In this document: positions 1-15,800 of the stretch, piece after piece
Numbering within the stretch: position 1 is the first letter of the stretch
Layout: each line of letters begins with the position of its first letter
Source of the DNA: Balanoglossus misakiensis
Taxonomy: Eukaryota; Animalia; Hemichordata
Length of the DNA: 64,000 nucleotides
Direction: 5' to 3'
Assembly: GCA_040954595.2 (NCBI GenBank)
Contig: CM082589.2
Coordinates: 5,098,213-5,162,212 of the forward strand
Translations under genes and position numbers: made by a program
Notes under the pieces: model-generated
What the model was told of the DNA's origin: nothing
Seen by the model: the letters and a program-made list of their open reading frames with translations, nothing else
Databases searched by the model: none

Positions 1-1189
1 GAAACATTTGTACATATCACCTTCAAGTTCAGTTTACGTTTACTGAAATGCATGATTCAATGATTCAGGATTACATGATGTCTCTCCTATCATGTTAGCC
101 TTGAAGACAACCATATTTATAGACAATTGTACATATTGTACATGTAACAGCTTTTAATTGGCTGGTTTAGGCTTCTATCTCCCGTGTTATTTTCATCCCA
201 TGTGACCCACATGTACAGGTAGACAACATTTCCTGTTATCATTCTGTGACCTGAATAAGTAGTTTAATTGTGACCATACATGTAGCTGATAAAGATAATG
301 GTCTTTGCCTACGTCCTAGTCAAGGTGATCTAGTTATTTACAAATGTGGGGCACTCAGTTGAAGTACACGTGTATCATAAAACTGTAGCCAAAAATAAAA
401 CAAGGAATTGCTGAATATACATTATTGTGTTTCAACATAACATGGGTGAAACACACTCAGACTGTGGCTAAAATTAGCCATGATCAAGCTGTTGGCAAAA
501 TTCCTAATTTCGATGCTAAATAACTCGGCCGTATAAACTACATTTGTACGTGTTGATACGGTGTCAGCTAGATACTGGTACGACCGTCTTAACAACCTGC
601 AGCTTAATTGGTACAATTGAATGATAAGTAACATCTGTACATGTATCTAGGGATTTTAATTCTTACTAGAAGTTCCTCTTAGTTGCATTTTGGAAGCTTA
701 TAAGATCATTCGGCTGCAGTAGCTGGCCAATTGTACCACTACCAGTAATATTTATTCAGAAAATGCTAGATATATGTGCATATAACATGAAGGTTTTATT
801 TTTCGAACCAGTTAATACTTGTAACATGTGCATACCGGTACATGCATGATCTGTGTGTACATTTAATAAGTTCTGCATTATCATGAATGTATCCTGGGAG
901 TATTAATAATAATTCTGTGGGCGTGTTTAACTGACATAGACAAGAAACCTGGTAACAGATGGCAGTGAAACATGGTACATATGTGTTCAATGGGTATTAT
1001 TATTGCTTGGTGGTTGTCAATCTATTGGCTTTCTTTTCATTCTGAATTGTACAAGAGATTGAATTTGATTCAAGCAAACAATTGTACACACATCCATGTG
1101 TGCCAAAGAAACAGGGTGATTAAAATTTTCAAAAATAAAAATACTTGGTAGTGGTAATCTTGTGTAAAGTAAATATGCTCAAGGTCTAG

Positions 1190-3274
<2,085 letters not shown>

Positions 3275-5585
3275 AGCCATAGATGAAGGATTTTGAGATT
3301 TGCGCGCAGGATCACCAACCACTCCATTCAAGACTGATTCTTCGTTTCTCATCCGAGTTGAGACACCTGTTTTCAGTGACTGCGGCTTGTGTGAAAGCTT
3401 GATCAAGTTCATTTCGAAACTAATTGTATAGTCTCTCAAACTCCAAAACAGCAGGTAGTACTATGTACCTACCAATTCAGTGAGCTATCGTGTATTTATT
3501 AACTGAAACAAGAGGAAATTTTCACTTTTCTGATCAGCCGTGAAACAAAGAACAAACTCTGTGTTTCCAGCTTTTGGTATTTATTTTAAGTCACAAGATT
3601 TTCGTATTAAATTAACCCTGTGTGAGAGAGTTGATCACTTCATTTCAGCGAACACTTGTTAACATTTACTGATTTTCTGCTGGTTGTAAGCAGCAAATTA
3701 CGACTTTGCTGCAAGTAACATAAAAAAGTGAAAATATCATGTCATAAAAATTGGAATTGAACCAAGCATTGGTAGTCAGACAGTTTCTGTGCAAAATTTG
3801 ACGAAACAATCCTATTCGTACCTTGGTAAAGGTGACATGATGTTTCAAAGGTCCATCCATGTTTGCCTGCATGTATGCATCCGTCCATACAAGGGGCATT
3901 AGTCAAATTTTGCATTTAGACAAAAGACCTACAGATGTGTTCACATGTATCAATTTAACATTCTACTGTAAGATGTACAATGTACATAAGTCATGTATTT
4001 TGCATCATGATCCAATGTGGCTATCAGTTGTATCCAGATTTAAATTTCAGTTTAATGCTGATTGCTCATGCATGTGTAAATTTTATTTTTCTATATAAAA
4101 GTAGATTTGTTTAGTGTGTTTTTAGTAACCTACAAAGTGGTTGTTATTCGCACAAGCTAAGTGCAAAGGTAGGTTACCTGTCAATCATTGTGCTTGATTG
4201 ATTTAGGTGGCCGTGTTACAGACACTCTGATCTTGTCAAAAATAAGTCATCCTATGTACTAAAATTAGAATGAAAACATTTAAAATTGCTTTTGACATTT
4301 ATATGCACATAGTTTTTTTGGTATACATGTATTTTTAACAAAGTAAGCAACACAGAATCAAGGCTTGACAAATTTTCCAGATATGCGTATTCCACATAGA
4401 ATGTACCATATGTTATTTCCCAGGGGAAAAAAATTGTCACTCTGAAGTGTTAGATCTAGGCATGAATGGTCACTGTGTGGGGTGGCCGTGGAATGAGTTT
4501 GAAACTCGGCAACTTTGTGAAATTATGCGAACTAAATTATTATAAGTGATTGACCGTAATTTAGCTGTGTCAGAAAACGAAGCTTAACTCACCCACCATT
4601 TGTGGACTTTGTACACAGTCATATTGTTCGATGATGTTGCCATTCTCCCAGGCTGAAATCAACCATTCTTTCAGTGTAATTCGAGCAACATGCAGAGCCT
4701 ATATAATCCTCACACCGATGTTATAACACCACATCTGTATGCAGATGTATGAATATCTGGCAACATGTACACTTAGTGGCTAAACTTCTCGGCTAAAGCA
4801 ACCGTGGTAGAACCCCATCCAGTAGATCTTACCCTGTGATAGAAGGACAATGGTGTAAACACTTGTCATTTTACTGAATAGAAGATGGATTATATTGATA
4901 AGGTGTTCAGGCAAAGTCCACAGGCTGCATAAACTCTGAACTCCCCCCCCCCCCCCCCCCAAAAAAAAAAAAAGAAAGAAAAAAGAAAAACGTTAAGGCT
5001 GTTGTATAGAGGCAGCACAACTTCAAGGATTTTGGCCACCTTTGCAAATTCAGCCACAAAGTTGCTATTCACAAATTTTCAGTCGGTGGCCACTTGAACT
5101 AAGTACCACATGTCCTTTAGAAGACTAAGGCATGACGTATGACTATTTATGGATATATGTAAATTAAAGGGGATTGTATTCCTTTAATTGTAACCTCATC
5201 ACAGAAAAGAAAGTACTGTATCACTGAGAAGTTTTGTTCCTGTAGTTGAGACAGACCTTATTTTGTCAAAGGACAGTTCAGCCAAATATTTCAAGCATAT
5301 ACTTTATATCATTTCACTATTGATTGGCCAACCACAGTGTGTTTATGGTGTACCACATACCCAGTACATATCAATAACAATGCATAAGTAACAATGCATA
5401 AACATGCCAAACAATGCAAAGAAAATTGAAATTTGGGCAATTTATGTTTTATGCTGTGACACGCCATGCATACATACTGGGAAATGTCTTGGTTTACAGA
5501 ACTTGCCGAGTTGACTCTATTAACATGATTATACCTAAGCATTAATTGTATACATTTTAGTTCTGTTGGTTTTCTATCATTATTT

Positions 5586-5616
5586 TTGTTTGTTTGTTTG
5601 TTTGTTTGTTTGTTTG
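5586..5616. repeat. (TTTG)n microsatellite
   Basis: Short tetranucleotide run downstream of TDH. Confidence 0.85.
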
Positions 5617-7599
5617 CATTTTCCTTGCCATTATTTCTGCGTGCTTTCTTTTTCAGAGTACAGTACTAGTATAAGATACTTTTTAACTTAAAATATTATC
5701 TTGTATATATGACTTGTGTTAAGCTTTGGGAATGTTCAAAAAGATTTGCAGTTTCCCTTTAAAGGGACATTATCTGTAACTTTTGGCTTTATTTTCAGTA
5801 TTTTTTCTTCTGTGTGTCAGACTCATTTCTTGCTCCACTCCAAACAGCATGCTAATGATAAACCAAGTACTCCATATGCATGTCTCAAAATAGCCTGTAT
5901 TTGTGTAACAGCGATTGTTATTGTTGACAAATGACTTCTGGTCCTGACTTGAGTGCAAATTTTACACAATAACAATGCTCACTATACACATCTAGGTTGT
6001 GTTGATAAGCTAAACATCAGACATTTCATCATGTTTCAGGAATTTGAACAACAAACTGTGGTATATACACGAAATGAAACTATTGAAAACTTAGCTTTAT
6101 TTATGTGATGTGGATATTTTAACAGGTGTAGATATTTTATTAGTGTGTTCTGGGATATTTTTATTTTGGCATTAGGTTGATTTGATAGAATTTATGTTCA
6201 TTATATATGCAGTGAAATAAATATTTAAACTTAAGAAAAACATAGGTGTGCATGTATTTAAGTATGCAATTTCTGATTTAAGATTTTGCATTGGAATGAC
6301 ACACAATTTCGTAATTTTCCCAACCATCTTCAAAAGAATATATTTGGCGAAACCCGCATATTTTCGTTTGTTCTAAAAAAAAGAGCAATGGCACTAAAAC
6401 AAAAGAACTTCCACCTTTAGACTCGTGTGTATATTTCTACAAGTTTTGGACTTTGTCCTCAAGAGTAAAGAGGGAAACCCCAGCGCAAACAAACAGTAAA
6501 TATGAAAACGAGGCGGGGGCTCCCCCAGTGGTTTCCGTCGTACCTTTGTGTGTATATGTTGGGATCTCTGAATATTCAACGCTACGCCGACCAGCCCTCA
6601 CGACGAGTGGATGAAAACGGTATGTATCAGCGTGTATGTGCTCTTTCTCAGCTCAATAAATATATATTCATGTAAGCTGTCCCGTAATATTAGTTGCTTT
6701 GAACTTGGAGTCGGATTCGACTGTTGCAAATCTGTACCTGTGGTTAGTCTATGACATTGACTTGAAAGATTCAGTCGAGTTGAGTCGAGTAGTATTAATG
6801 CCATTATAGCTCGAGGTTTTGCCTGGTATTGTAAGTGGATTGCAAAATCAGACACACAAAGCAAACCCTCGAGGTACAGTATTCAGCACAGGCGTTCCAT
6901 GACAACCGCGTTTGTCAGAAACAGGCTCTCCGTATCAACAACTTGAAGTTGAAGCCCCATTGATACAACTGTAAAGTCATGTAGTTGAGTGGGGTTTTCG
7001 AGTTGTTGATTGCGGAGCCTGTGGTCAAATGTGGGGTTTTATCTCCGTATTGTATTAATATGTAGTATAAAAGGTGAATTAAGAAAGACAACGCCCCCTT
7101 GATTATACACGTACCATTTCCCTGCAATGTAGAGGTCCAACTTCACCATAGAATACAACTGGTTTGGACCAAACCATGGTGTGAAAAGGTAAAATACTGG
7201 TAGGGGAACTGCCCGTCAATCACATTCTATATTGTGCATGAACAACCAATTAACGGTAACACAAAGTGGGTAAAAGATAGCAGCACCATTATAACAGTTT
7301 TTATGAGAACCATGTGATTATGTCAACCATTAGCAATAAAATTGAACACTATCGAAATAATTGGAAATGAACTGATTGGAAATTGAAAATTAATGAAATG
7401 ATTGGAAATGAACAAAATGATCCAAGAATGCTGCAATTATTTCGTTAATTTCCGAGCATTTTCCAACATGAAGTATAAGTAGGTATAGTATTTACTGTTG
7501 AAGGTCATCAAAATAAATTTCCTGTGTCATGTTGATTGCAACTGTACTAATTTGAATAGCAACGTTACCCGTTATTTAATTTCGTCTGGCTGGCTCTCC

Positions 7600-7790
7600 A
7601 ACCAGCCAATCATTTCCATTCATAAACTGATCAACCAAATTTCAATTCACCAATAGTGTTGTTCAGCATTCTACCTTTCACACTTTTGCTCAGTCACTCT
7701 GTATTTAAAAGCAAAAAAGCATGAAGCAACCTTTCAGTTCAAGCCTGTAGCCTGAACGGTAACACTGAGGTTCTCTGTGTTTACAGGTTA
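7600..7790 (+). promoter_or_regulatory. Candidate promoter and short non-coding first exon of the VWA/Cache gene
   Basis: Two CCAAT boxes (about 7606 and 7650), TATA-like TATTTAAA at 7702-7709, then a donor-like CAG|GTTAGT at 7786/7787. Assignment to the downstream gene is inference. Confidence 0.3.
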
Positions 7791-9299
7791 GTATATTCTG
7801 ACAATTTTACTGCCAGGTTTATGCATAAGACATTTTGTAGGTGATGAATTTTCACGTCCTAGAGTATTTCATAAATAAGTTTCTGTATTAGGTTTAATGT
7901 GAAGTCCCAGATAATTCAAGTTTCTTCCTCGATTCAATGTATTTTATCTTCAAACTGTCTGATTTCAATATGAGTTTTGAATCTAATTTGTACCATATGT
8001 CAGTATAAACCTGTAGCTAGAATTGCAATTTGAACTTCTGTAAGTTTTCAGTTTCTGTATGTTCAGCACGATAAGTGTTGTTGCTTGTTTTCTAACGTGA
8101 GCTGACTGTGCAGTGACGACCGTTTTCAATATTTTTGCTAATTTTTGATATTTTTCGCTATTACTGATATATGTCAATCACTCAGAATTTCTTCAATATG
8201 TTTCTTCCACTTTGTGTAACAAAATATTTTGTCTTCCAATGCACATTGACATCAGAACAGAAAAGTCAAATCTGTCCTTTCAGTTGTCAAAATCAAGTAT
8301 AATTTGAGCACAGGGTATGTATGAATTTCACATGGAGGGAAAATCTTATGAAAAACACACCCACTTTGTCCATTTGGGCGATTATTAGTTACTAAAATCT
8401 ATTATCTGCCTTTGTTCATTTCTTGTAACTCAACACCAGTCTGCTGATAGATATAAATGGCCAATAAAAAAGACCCAATTATTGTATTTTTCTAGTAATG
8501 CAAGCAGAAGAGTGAAAAGGAAATTGTAAGGATAGGTAATTAAATTGAATTAGGTTTTTAGCAACCTTTCACGTATACTAGTCCAGGTCTCAGCTGTAAC
8601 AAAAAAAAATCCCACAAAAACATTGCAAAATGAAATTAAACCAATGTAGATAAGATTCAAGGGATAAAAATGAAAATTTTCAAGTCCATAATTATAATTT
8701 GAAGACTGAAATTGTATTGGTGTCTGCCGACCTTTCTGTGATTTCGGGTTTCTATTAAAAAGAGAGAGAGTTACATGTATGGCTATTCCCCAAAGAAAGG
8801 TTATTCATTACATCTACACGTAGTTTCAATAAGCTGCATTGCTGGATCATCGGGTTTTGTTCCTAAAGTTTATTCTGGAACATTCCCTGAAGAGACTCCC
8901 GGCAAGAATAAACACTAGCTTTAGAAAATTCAAAAATAAATTCTTTTGAGTGGCACAATGCTTGAATGTGTTTATCTGTTGCACCTCTGTTGGCAACTTC
9001 ATCTAACCAGACAATGTAAGATTTGTGCAGTGCAGTTTTCAGTCGTATGTATACATGATTTGATTACTGAGGAGTTGTAGTGTAAATCCCACTCTTGTTA
9101 TGATGTTATCTCAACTGAGTTAGTTCTCACACGTTTAAGCTATCCTAGAATGCCTCAAAGGGCACTGACCTCCACTCAGTTTGCATGCACGGTAAATGCG
9201 AAAACGAACTACATGTGGTTTGATTGACACAAGTGGTTGGTTTAAATTGACTGGAGTCCACTCCAATCTACTGATGTGAAGATTGTACTTAGTGTTTAT

Positions 9300-9300
<1 letters not shown>

Positions 9301-9372
<72 letters not shown>

Positions 9373-9394
9373 AATGACGAAGACGACGATGATG
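9301..9394. repeat. (GAT)n microsatellite with degenerate 3' end
   Basis: About 24 perfect GAT units followed by GAC/GAA variants. It explains the poly-Ser ORF 9135..9431. Confidence 0.95.
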
Positions 9395-12300
9395 AATTGA
9401 ATTTATGTTCATTATAAAATTGTATTTTCAATATAGAATGTATTTATAATTTTTTAATTAAAAAAATTATTGCATGTCAAAGTCTGATTTTCTGTTTCTG
9501 TCTAGTTTCTCATGAATTGCGAAACAGTCTCTGAAAAAAAATCACCAGTAATTTGAAATATTTGACGCATCAACTTCCAGATATTTGATACTGCCGTGCA
9601 GTGGCTTGTACACTTGAATAGGGTTATTTAGTAAATTGAATAACTAAGAGTGAGAAAATCAATATTCCTCCCATTGGTGTGTTTGCTAGGCTGACAAAAG
9701 CTGCATTGTGACAATATTTGGCTTTTGTAATTTCAGATAGCGGTTTAATTGGTGTTGCCTTTCATATGAATATTGATTCTAATATAGATGCACCAGAAGG
9801 GGCCAGGTGTTGTCATGGTTACAGGCATGCCTTTAGAATAGAGGTCAAGTCGGAGGTCGCACTACTGGTGTGTGTCTGTTATGAACAAAGACGGCTGGTT
9901 TACTGTGGTAGGCCTCCTCAATACCGGTACACTTTGTGCGTTTCTCACATTTTCAAGGCTTTGACAGACAAATTTGACAGTGTATGGTTATGTATAGAGC
10001 TTTGTGTACTGGATAATTACTCAAGGACAAGACACATTCAGTGCACAGTCATTTGTATCGAGAGTTTGTCGTATGTACTATGTCATCGACGTAATGGATC
10101 TGGAGCAGGTAAAATTAACCACTTTTCCTGTTATAAATTTTTTATTGCATTGCTACGTTGGTGACTCTGTGAGATTGTTAGGTTCTTTTGTGTCAGCACG
10201 AAATCTGTACTAAAAAGAGCAAGCCGTAGGAGGTTCGACATTGACATTGATATTTTATCATCATAAATAACAAAGTTAAATTAGACATTCATGAGAAAAG
10301 ACATGTGAACAAATGTTTGTAATACTTGAAATGCAAACGAAAAAAATAGCTTCTATTTTGTTGAGTTTATCTCTGCTTGTTAATTTTTTAAATACCACTT
10401 CCAGTCTAGGATTAGACATGTATCTTTTACGTGCTTATAACCTATCTCGCATGTTACTTGTGTTTTCAATAAGATATCCTTGATATCCACAAAATGTCAG
10501 TTGTCTGTCAGTGTTCTGCATCGATCAATAACTCCAACTCTACCGGTATGTCACGAGTATTGATGTTTCTGATGTGTAATGTCATGACCTGTGTGTAGTC
10601 TGTTGTCTTTGCGGGCTGTGTCAAAGATTCAGTGAGATGTCGATGGCAAGACATACAGACAAATTGAAAAGACAGATGAGCCACTTGACATGCACAGTAG
10701 GCAAATATGTCAAGATATAACCGCACTAGTATACTGTACACAGGAAAAAAATTTGTGACGAGAAATTTTCGCACCATCAACAGAGGTGACTATTTCGTCA
10801 TGATTAATTTTCTTGTTCTTTTATTTCACTCTCTGTATCATGTAAGTGAAGGCTGAATATTATTTATTTGAGGCCTGCTAATGCTTGTCTTATCAATATC
10901 TAGTTAGAGTTTGATTTTGTGATGTCTGCGCATTAATGGCAGTGGTTATCATTGTTCACACAGTAAGATGCTTTCCATTCCAATCAGTTCTATTCATCTG
11001 AGCGATGAGTGTGTCATAGCCATTCTGCCGACCGTGTGTGTCTGATTCACTTTTTGTCTTCAGCTTCACTTTAGTGCTGTTGTATTCACTGAAAATGCCA
11101 TCTCTGCTGGAATTAGATGTGGCTTCAATTGTCTGAGTGAGGGTTAATTGTGTGGGAATAGTTCACCCATTAGCGTTAACATCCAAGCCCTTGGAATTAA
11201 TGAACCGTAAGAAAACTCATCAGCATTGACCACCATTGGTTTTGTCATTACATGAAGATTATTGAAGGACTGGTATATTCAATATTTCATTTTTGTGAGT
11301 CAACTATAAAATTCACTTGTGTTTCTGTCTGCGGGTACCAATTTTAGATTTTGAAGTACTTGCTGACTTATATGTGGCAAATTAAACCCACTGCTGTACG
11401 CCCCACGTCATATCTCTGTTTTTATCACCACAGCCCGATCTATCATCTGTACTTACTCCTAGTGAGTTCAATCAGACTGGAACATTTCACCTGCAGAAAT
11501 CCATTAAGATAGAACATACCTGTCCTCACAGACCAATCTCTTGATAATTGAAAATTTTTATGCTGCATTCCTTGGGCAGAGTGATTTTATGTTGGCCTCA
11601 GGTTTCGTGTGTGGCCTGTAAAAACAAACGGGGAATTGAAAATTTTCTGATAGAGTCATCGCGTTCTGAATGTCAAATCTTGCACAATTCACTTTTATAT
11701 TGGGTCTCGCATGTATTCACGTTTGCATGCATGATGTCATAACATTTTCTCGGAAAATACTTCACAATGTAAGAATTGTGAGGGAGTAATTAAGATTCGT
11801 CTATGGAAAAAGGAAAATAAAAATAATTATCTTCGTTCAAGTTCTATCAGCATCGTGAATTTAAATTAAAGTGTCGTGTTTTAATTCCTCCCAAATTCAT
11901 CTTCAAGACATGTTATTTACTGGGTTGACGTCTCATCCATTATGCTTCAAATATTTGCCTGCTCCAGTCCACAGATAATGCACTACCAACACCTGTCAGT
12001 TATGAGTGATTTCTTTAACGTCGTGAACTCTTGCTCTCTTTCAGAATTGAAGTCATCCTAAGCAAAGAAGAGACTTCAAAGGAGTGACTGCACGGAAAAT
12101 TGAACTGACACTACTCCTGAATAAATAAATGAAGATTATTTTCTGAAAACGGCGACCGTGCGTGACTGAAGTTTAAATGATGAGGAAGAATCTGTAAGGT
12201 CTGGTTGGTTGGGTCCAATATTCTACATTTTACTTTTGCCCTGTAGAACATTGCTTTTGCACGCGATCACTGTACTGAAATATCAAGATACGGGGAATTG

Positions 12301-12812
12301 AAATTTTCCAGTTGAACGGTTAGCGCGATCCTGTTGCCATGGGGACTGCAGAATAAAGCAGGTGTTGGGAGTACATGGGTCAGTCTTTGTAGAGTGGCCA
12401 CAGTGAGGAGAGAGAGTGAAGGTCAACAGAGGTCACAGTTTGGCGTCGTCTTGAGAAGGGACACATACAAGAAACTGGAACTGCAGAGCTATAATGATTT
12501 TTCAGACAAGACTCGTCATGAAAGCAGTGCTGGCGATGCAGTCGCGTTTGTGACATCAGTATGTGAAACGGCATGTGGTGGTGGCTTATCGCAATCAACA
12601 GCAGTTCCGCATTCGCTCAATCAATACCGTGCAGTAAAATTCTTCAGATCGCTAACAGAATTTACATACTTATTCACTGAACTCGTGGTAATTACCAACT
12701 GCTTCTCAGTTTCCTAAACCTGAATTTGCTGATTTCATTCGCCTCGCTGAGAAACTCGACCTTGTGGCAAGGTCATTTTTTACCTCAATCCGCATCAGTT
12801 GTGATAGAAGCC

Positions 12813-15800
12813 ATGAAATTCCAGGGTGATTTGCATATATGCAAATTCAGCGCAGTCGTTGTGCTGGCAACTGTGTTTTCATTGGTTGGACCTGCTCGCA
12901 CACAGTACATGAATCTTGACACTGACGAAGGTGACATTGACAGAGAAGGAACACTCGCAGGAGATATTCAAAACTGGGCAACTCTTATACAGAACTACAT
13001 ATTACAGGTATAGTTAGACAAAATAAATTTAATTTGTTTACAAATAGCAAATGTTCATAATATTCATACATGTGATGATAATGTGTATTATTGTCTGATG
13101 ATTGATTTAAATGTCCATTCACAATACAATTATTTGTCTACTCTTTGCAAATATGCCTAAAATAAAACAAAAAACAAATACCACATTTAATGAAAGTGAA
13201 TTACAATTATTGCTTGCTCAATACACAGAAAAGATCTGTGGAATTTTTGTTAAAATCACCAAAATCTTAAAACCAGATTTTTACTTCCAGCTTGCTAGTG
13301 ATGGCCTTAAGACATCTCACATGCAGAGTTTCTATGACCAAGCCAATTATACCATGGAGACGAAAGATGGAACCGACACCGTACAGAGGGTCAAAAACAG
13401 TCTGAAAAATTACTTTTCAAAGAAAGAACAGGCAGCGCGGGTTAGTAGCAATGATTGATTTACAAATGAAAAATGATTGAATCCATGAAAGACCATTGGA
13501 AAGGATTCATTGGTTGACAAAAATTCATATATTGCAGCATTCTATTGGACAGTCCGTTTTACTGATTGCAACTATTTTGTTGGTGTTTAATAGCGCATAG
13601 CTGATGCAGTGGTACAGTTCTATGATGACAACTACAGGAAAAATGAAGAAGTCACGTATCAGAGACTGCAAGACTTGCCACTACACATCTACAGAGACTC
13701 AGACATCCCAAATAGACTGCCTGTACCACTATCATTCAGTCCGTAAGTTTGTTAAGAAAATTAGTGATATATGATATATGTAAAAATCACGAAAATGATA
13801 GCATTTAATATTTTAAGTCTAATTTAATAAAACATGAACCACAATACCACAATGTTCATGACATAATAATAAAAATAAACTCCTTTTTTAAAACCATCTT
13901 CATAAAAGTACTGTCCTAATAACAGGGTGAGAGGCCAGTATAACGAGAAAATATATCCTGTCGAGTTACAGTCAATTAGGTTTAAGTATTCCGCTGTATA
14001 CTAGACATATTGGTTTGCCATAAACTTTGATGAGCTGCCAAGATTACTATGCAGGGATCGTATGCAGCGTCCCAAGTGCAGTATAAATTCTTATCTGGGT
14101 CATTAGTGCAAGATCATTTCGCAGGATACTATTGCGATAAAGAATTTGAATGCAGCAGGATTTGCAAACCTTTCCTGCATTTCTTAATTGTAGCACCTTA
14201 GATACAATTCTCTCGGATCTTAATGACAGTAAACATCAAAACTTATTTACTTGTGAATTACAAATTGATTCAGAATTACTTGTTTCTGTTCAGTTACTTC
14301 AAACAGAACGTGAACTACTATAACAGTGTTGTCAAGATATCTGATGAAGTTCCCAGAGACAGTAACACTACAATCAACACTGTTTTGTACACCTATGGCT
14401 TGGATGAAGTCTTCCGAAACAACACAGCGCAGGATAAGCTACTGAGGTCTGTCTGTCTGTCTGTTGTGACCAGCTATCATTAACATATTCAGAGACTGAC
14501 AAAAAGACAATGTCCTGAAGTTATTGCAAAATATTTTGCAGATGGCAGTATTTTGGATCCAAAGACGGCATACTAAGAATGTACCCTGGTCGTGAATGGG
14601 ACACCAATTTTGCTGGTTTTTACAACGACTATGATCCGAGAGTTCGACCCTGGTACATTGCTGCTACAAGCGGTCCCAAAGATGTTGTCATCATCCTGGA
14701 CTGCAGGTAATTGTCGTTGTCGAAATTTGTGTCCTACAAAGGAGGGGGGGGGGAAACATCTTTGTTACTTGTTCTTGTCCAGAAAACATAATATAGGGTT
14801 AACCTGATCTCTGCTACAAACATGGTTGGTGTTTATTCTCATTGTCTTCAGCCTGTGTTTAGTGAATTGGTATTTCTCTTTTCCAGTAATTTACTTTTTA
14901 TTTCACAGTCATTCGATGGCTGGCCGAAAATTTGATATTGGAAAGGCTGTTGTCAAGACGATACTGAACACGTTAACCAAACAAGACTATGTGAATGTCA
15001 TCTGTGCCCGAGCCAGTCACTGGGATGAAGTTGGAAAGTAAGGAAGTCCTCTATTCAGTCAGTCAGTCAGTAAATCAATCAATCAATCAGTCAACCAAAA
15101 AAGGGAAGAATGAGAGTTAAGAGAAGAAAGAGAGAAAGGAAAAAAGGAGACATAAAGAGAAAAGAAGGGAAGAAGAAAAATGCACATTTCTTACACGAAA
15201 CCATGGTGATGAATATGTGTATATGATGTTGTATTTCAGATGGCACTTCTTCTCAACGGATATACTGAGTTGCCAAGACAACAGATTAGTCCCAGCATCC
15301 ACTGCACACAGGAAAGACTTGAAAGAGAAACTGGAAAATCTGAAATCAGGCGGAACCAGTGAATTACAGTAAGTTCACTTGGAGGATGTCACCTGGATTC
15401 ATTTTTATAGTAAATGGGATGTGATCACATGAGGTAATGATGAGTGATTTCATCAACACGCCATTTTCACCGTGTGTGAAATTCTGTCTTGCTCCAGGAA
15501 AGCCTTTGACAGGGCCTTTGAACTGTTGTCCAGTGAAACCAGGACCGGCTGTCAATCATTCATTATCGTAGTAACCGATGGCAAAGACACCGATGGTGAA
15601 CCTGTCAGGTGTGGACCAGGTAAAGATTACCAGGGCTTTATTTTCAAAATTCTTTCACAAAATTGGCACATCACAATCTCTGCACAGATTCATTGAACAT
15701 CGGTAAAATATATTTTAATTATTTGAATATTGGCACTGCACATTAAATAGTCATGAAATCATAGCATCTGTGAAATTTCTGTTATACACACACAAAAATC

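Noticed and set aside
9135-9431. Poly-serine ORF
   Set aside because: Translation of the (GAT)n microsatellite.
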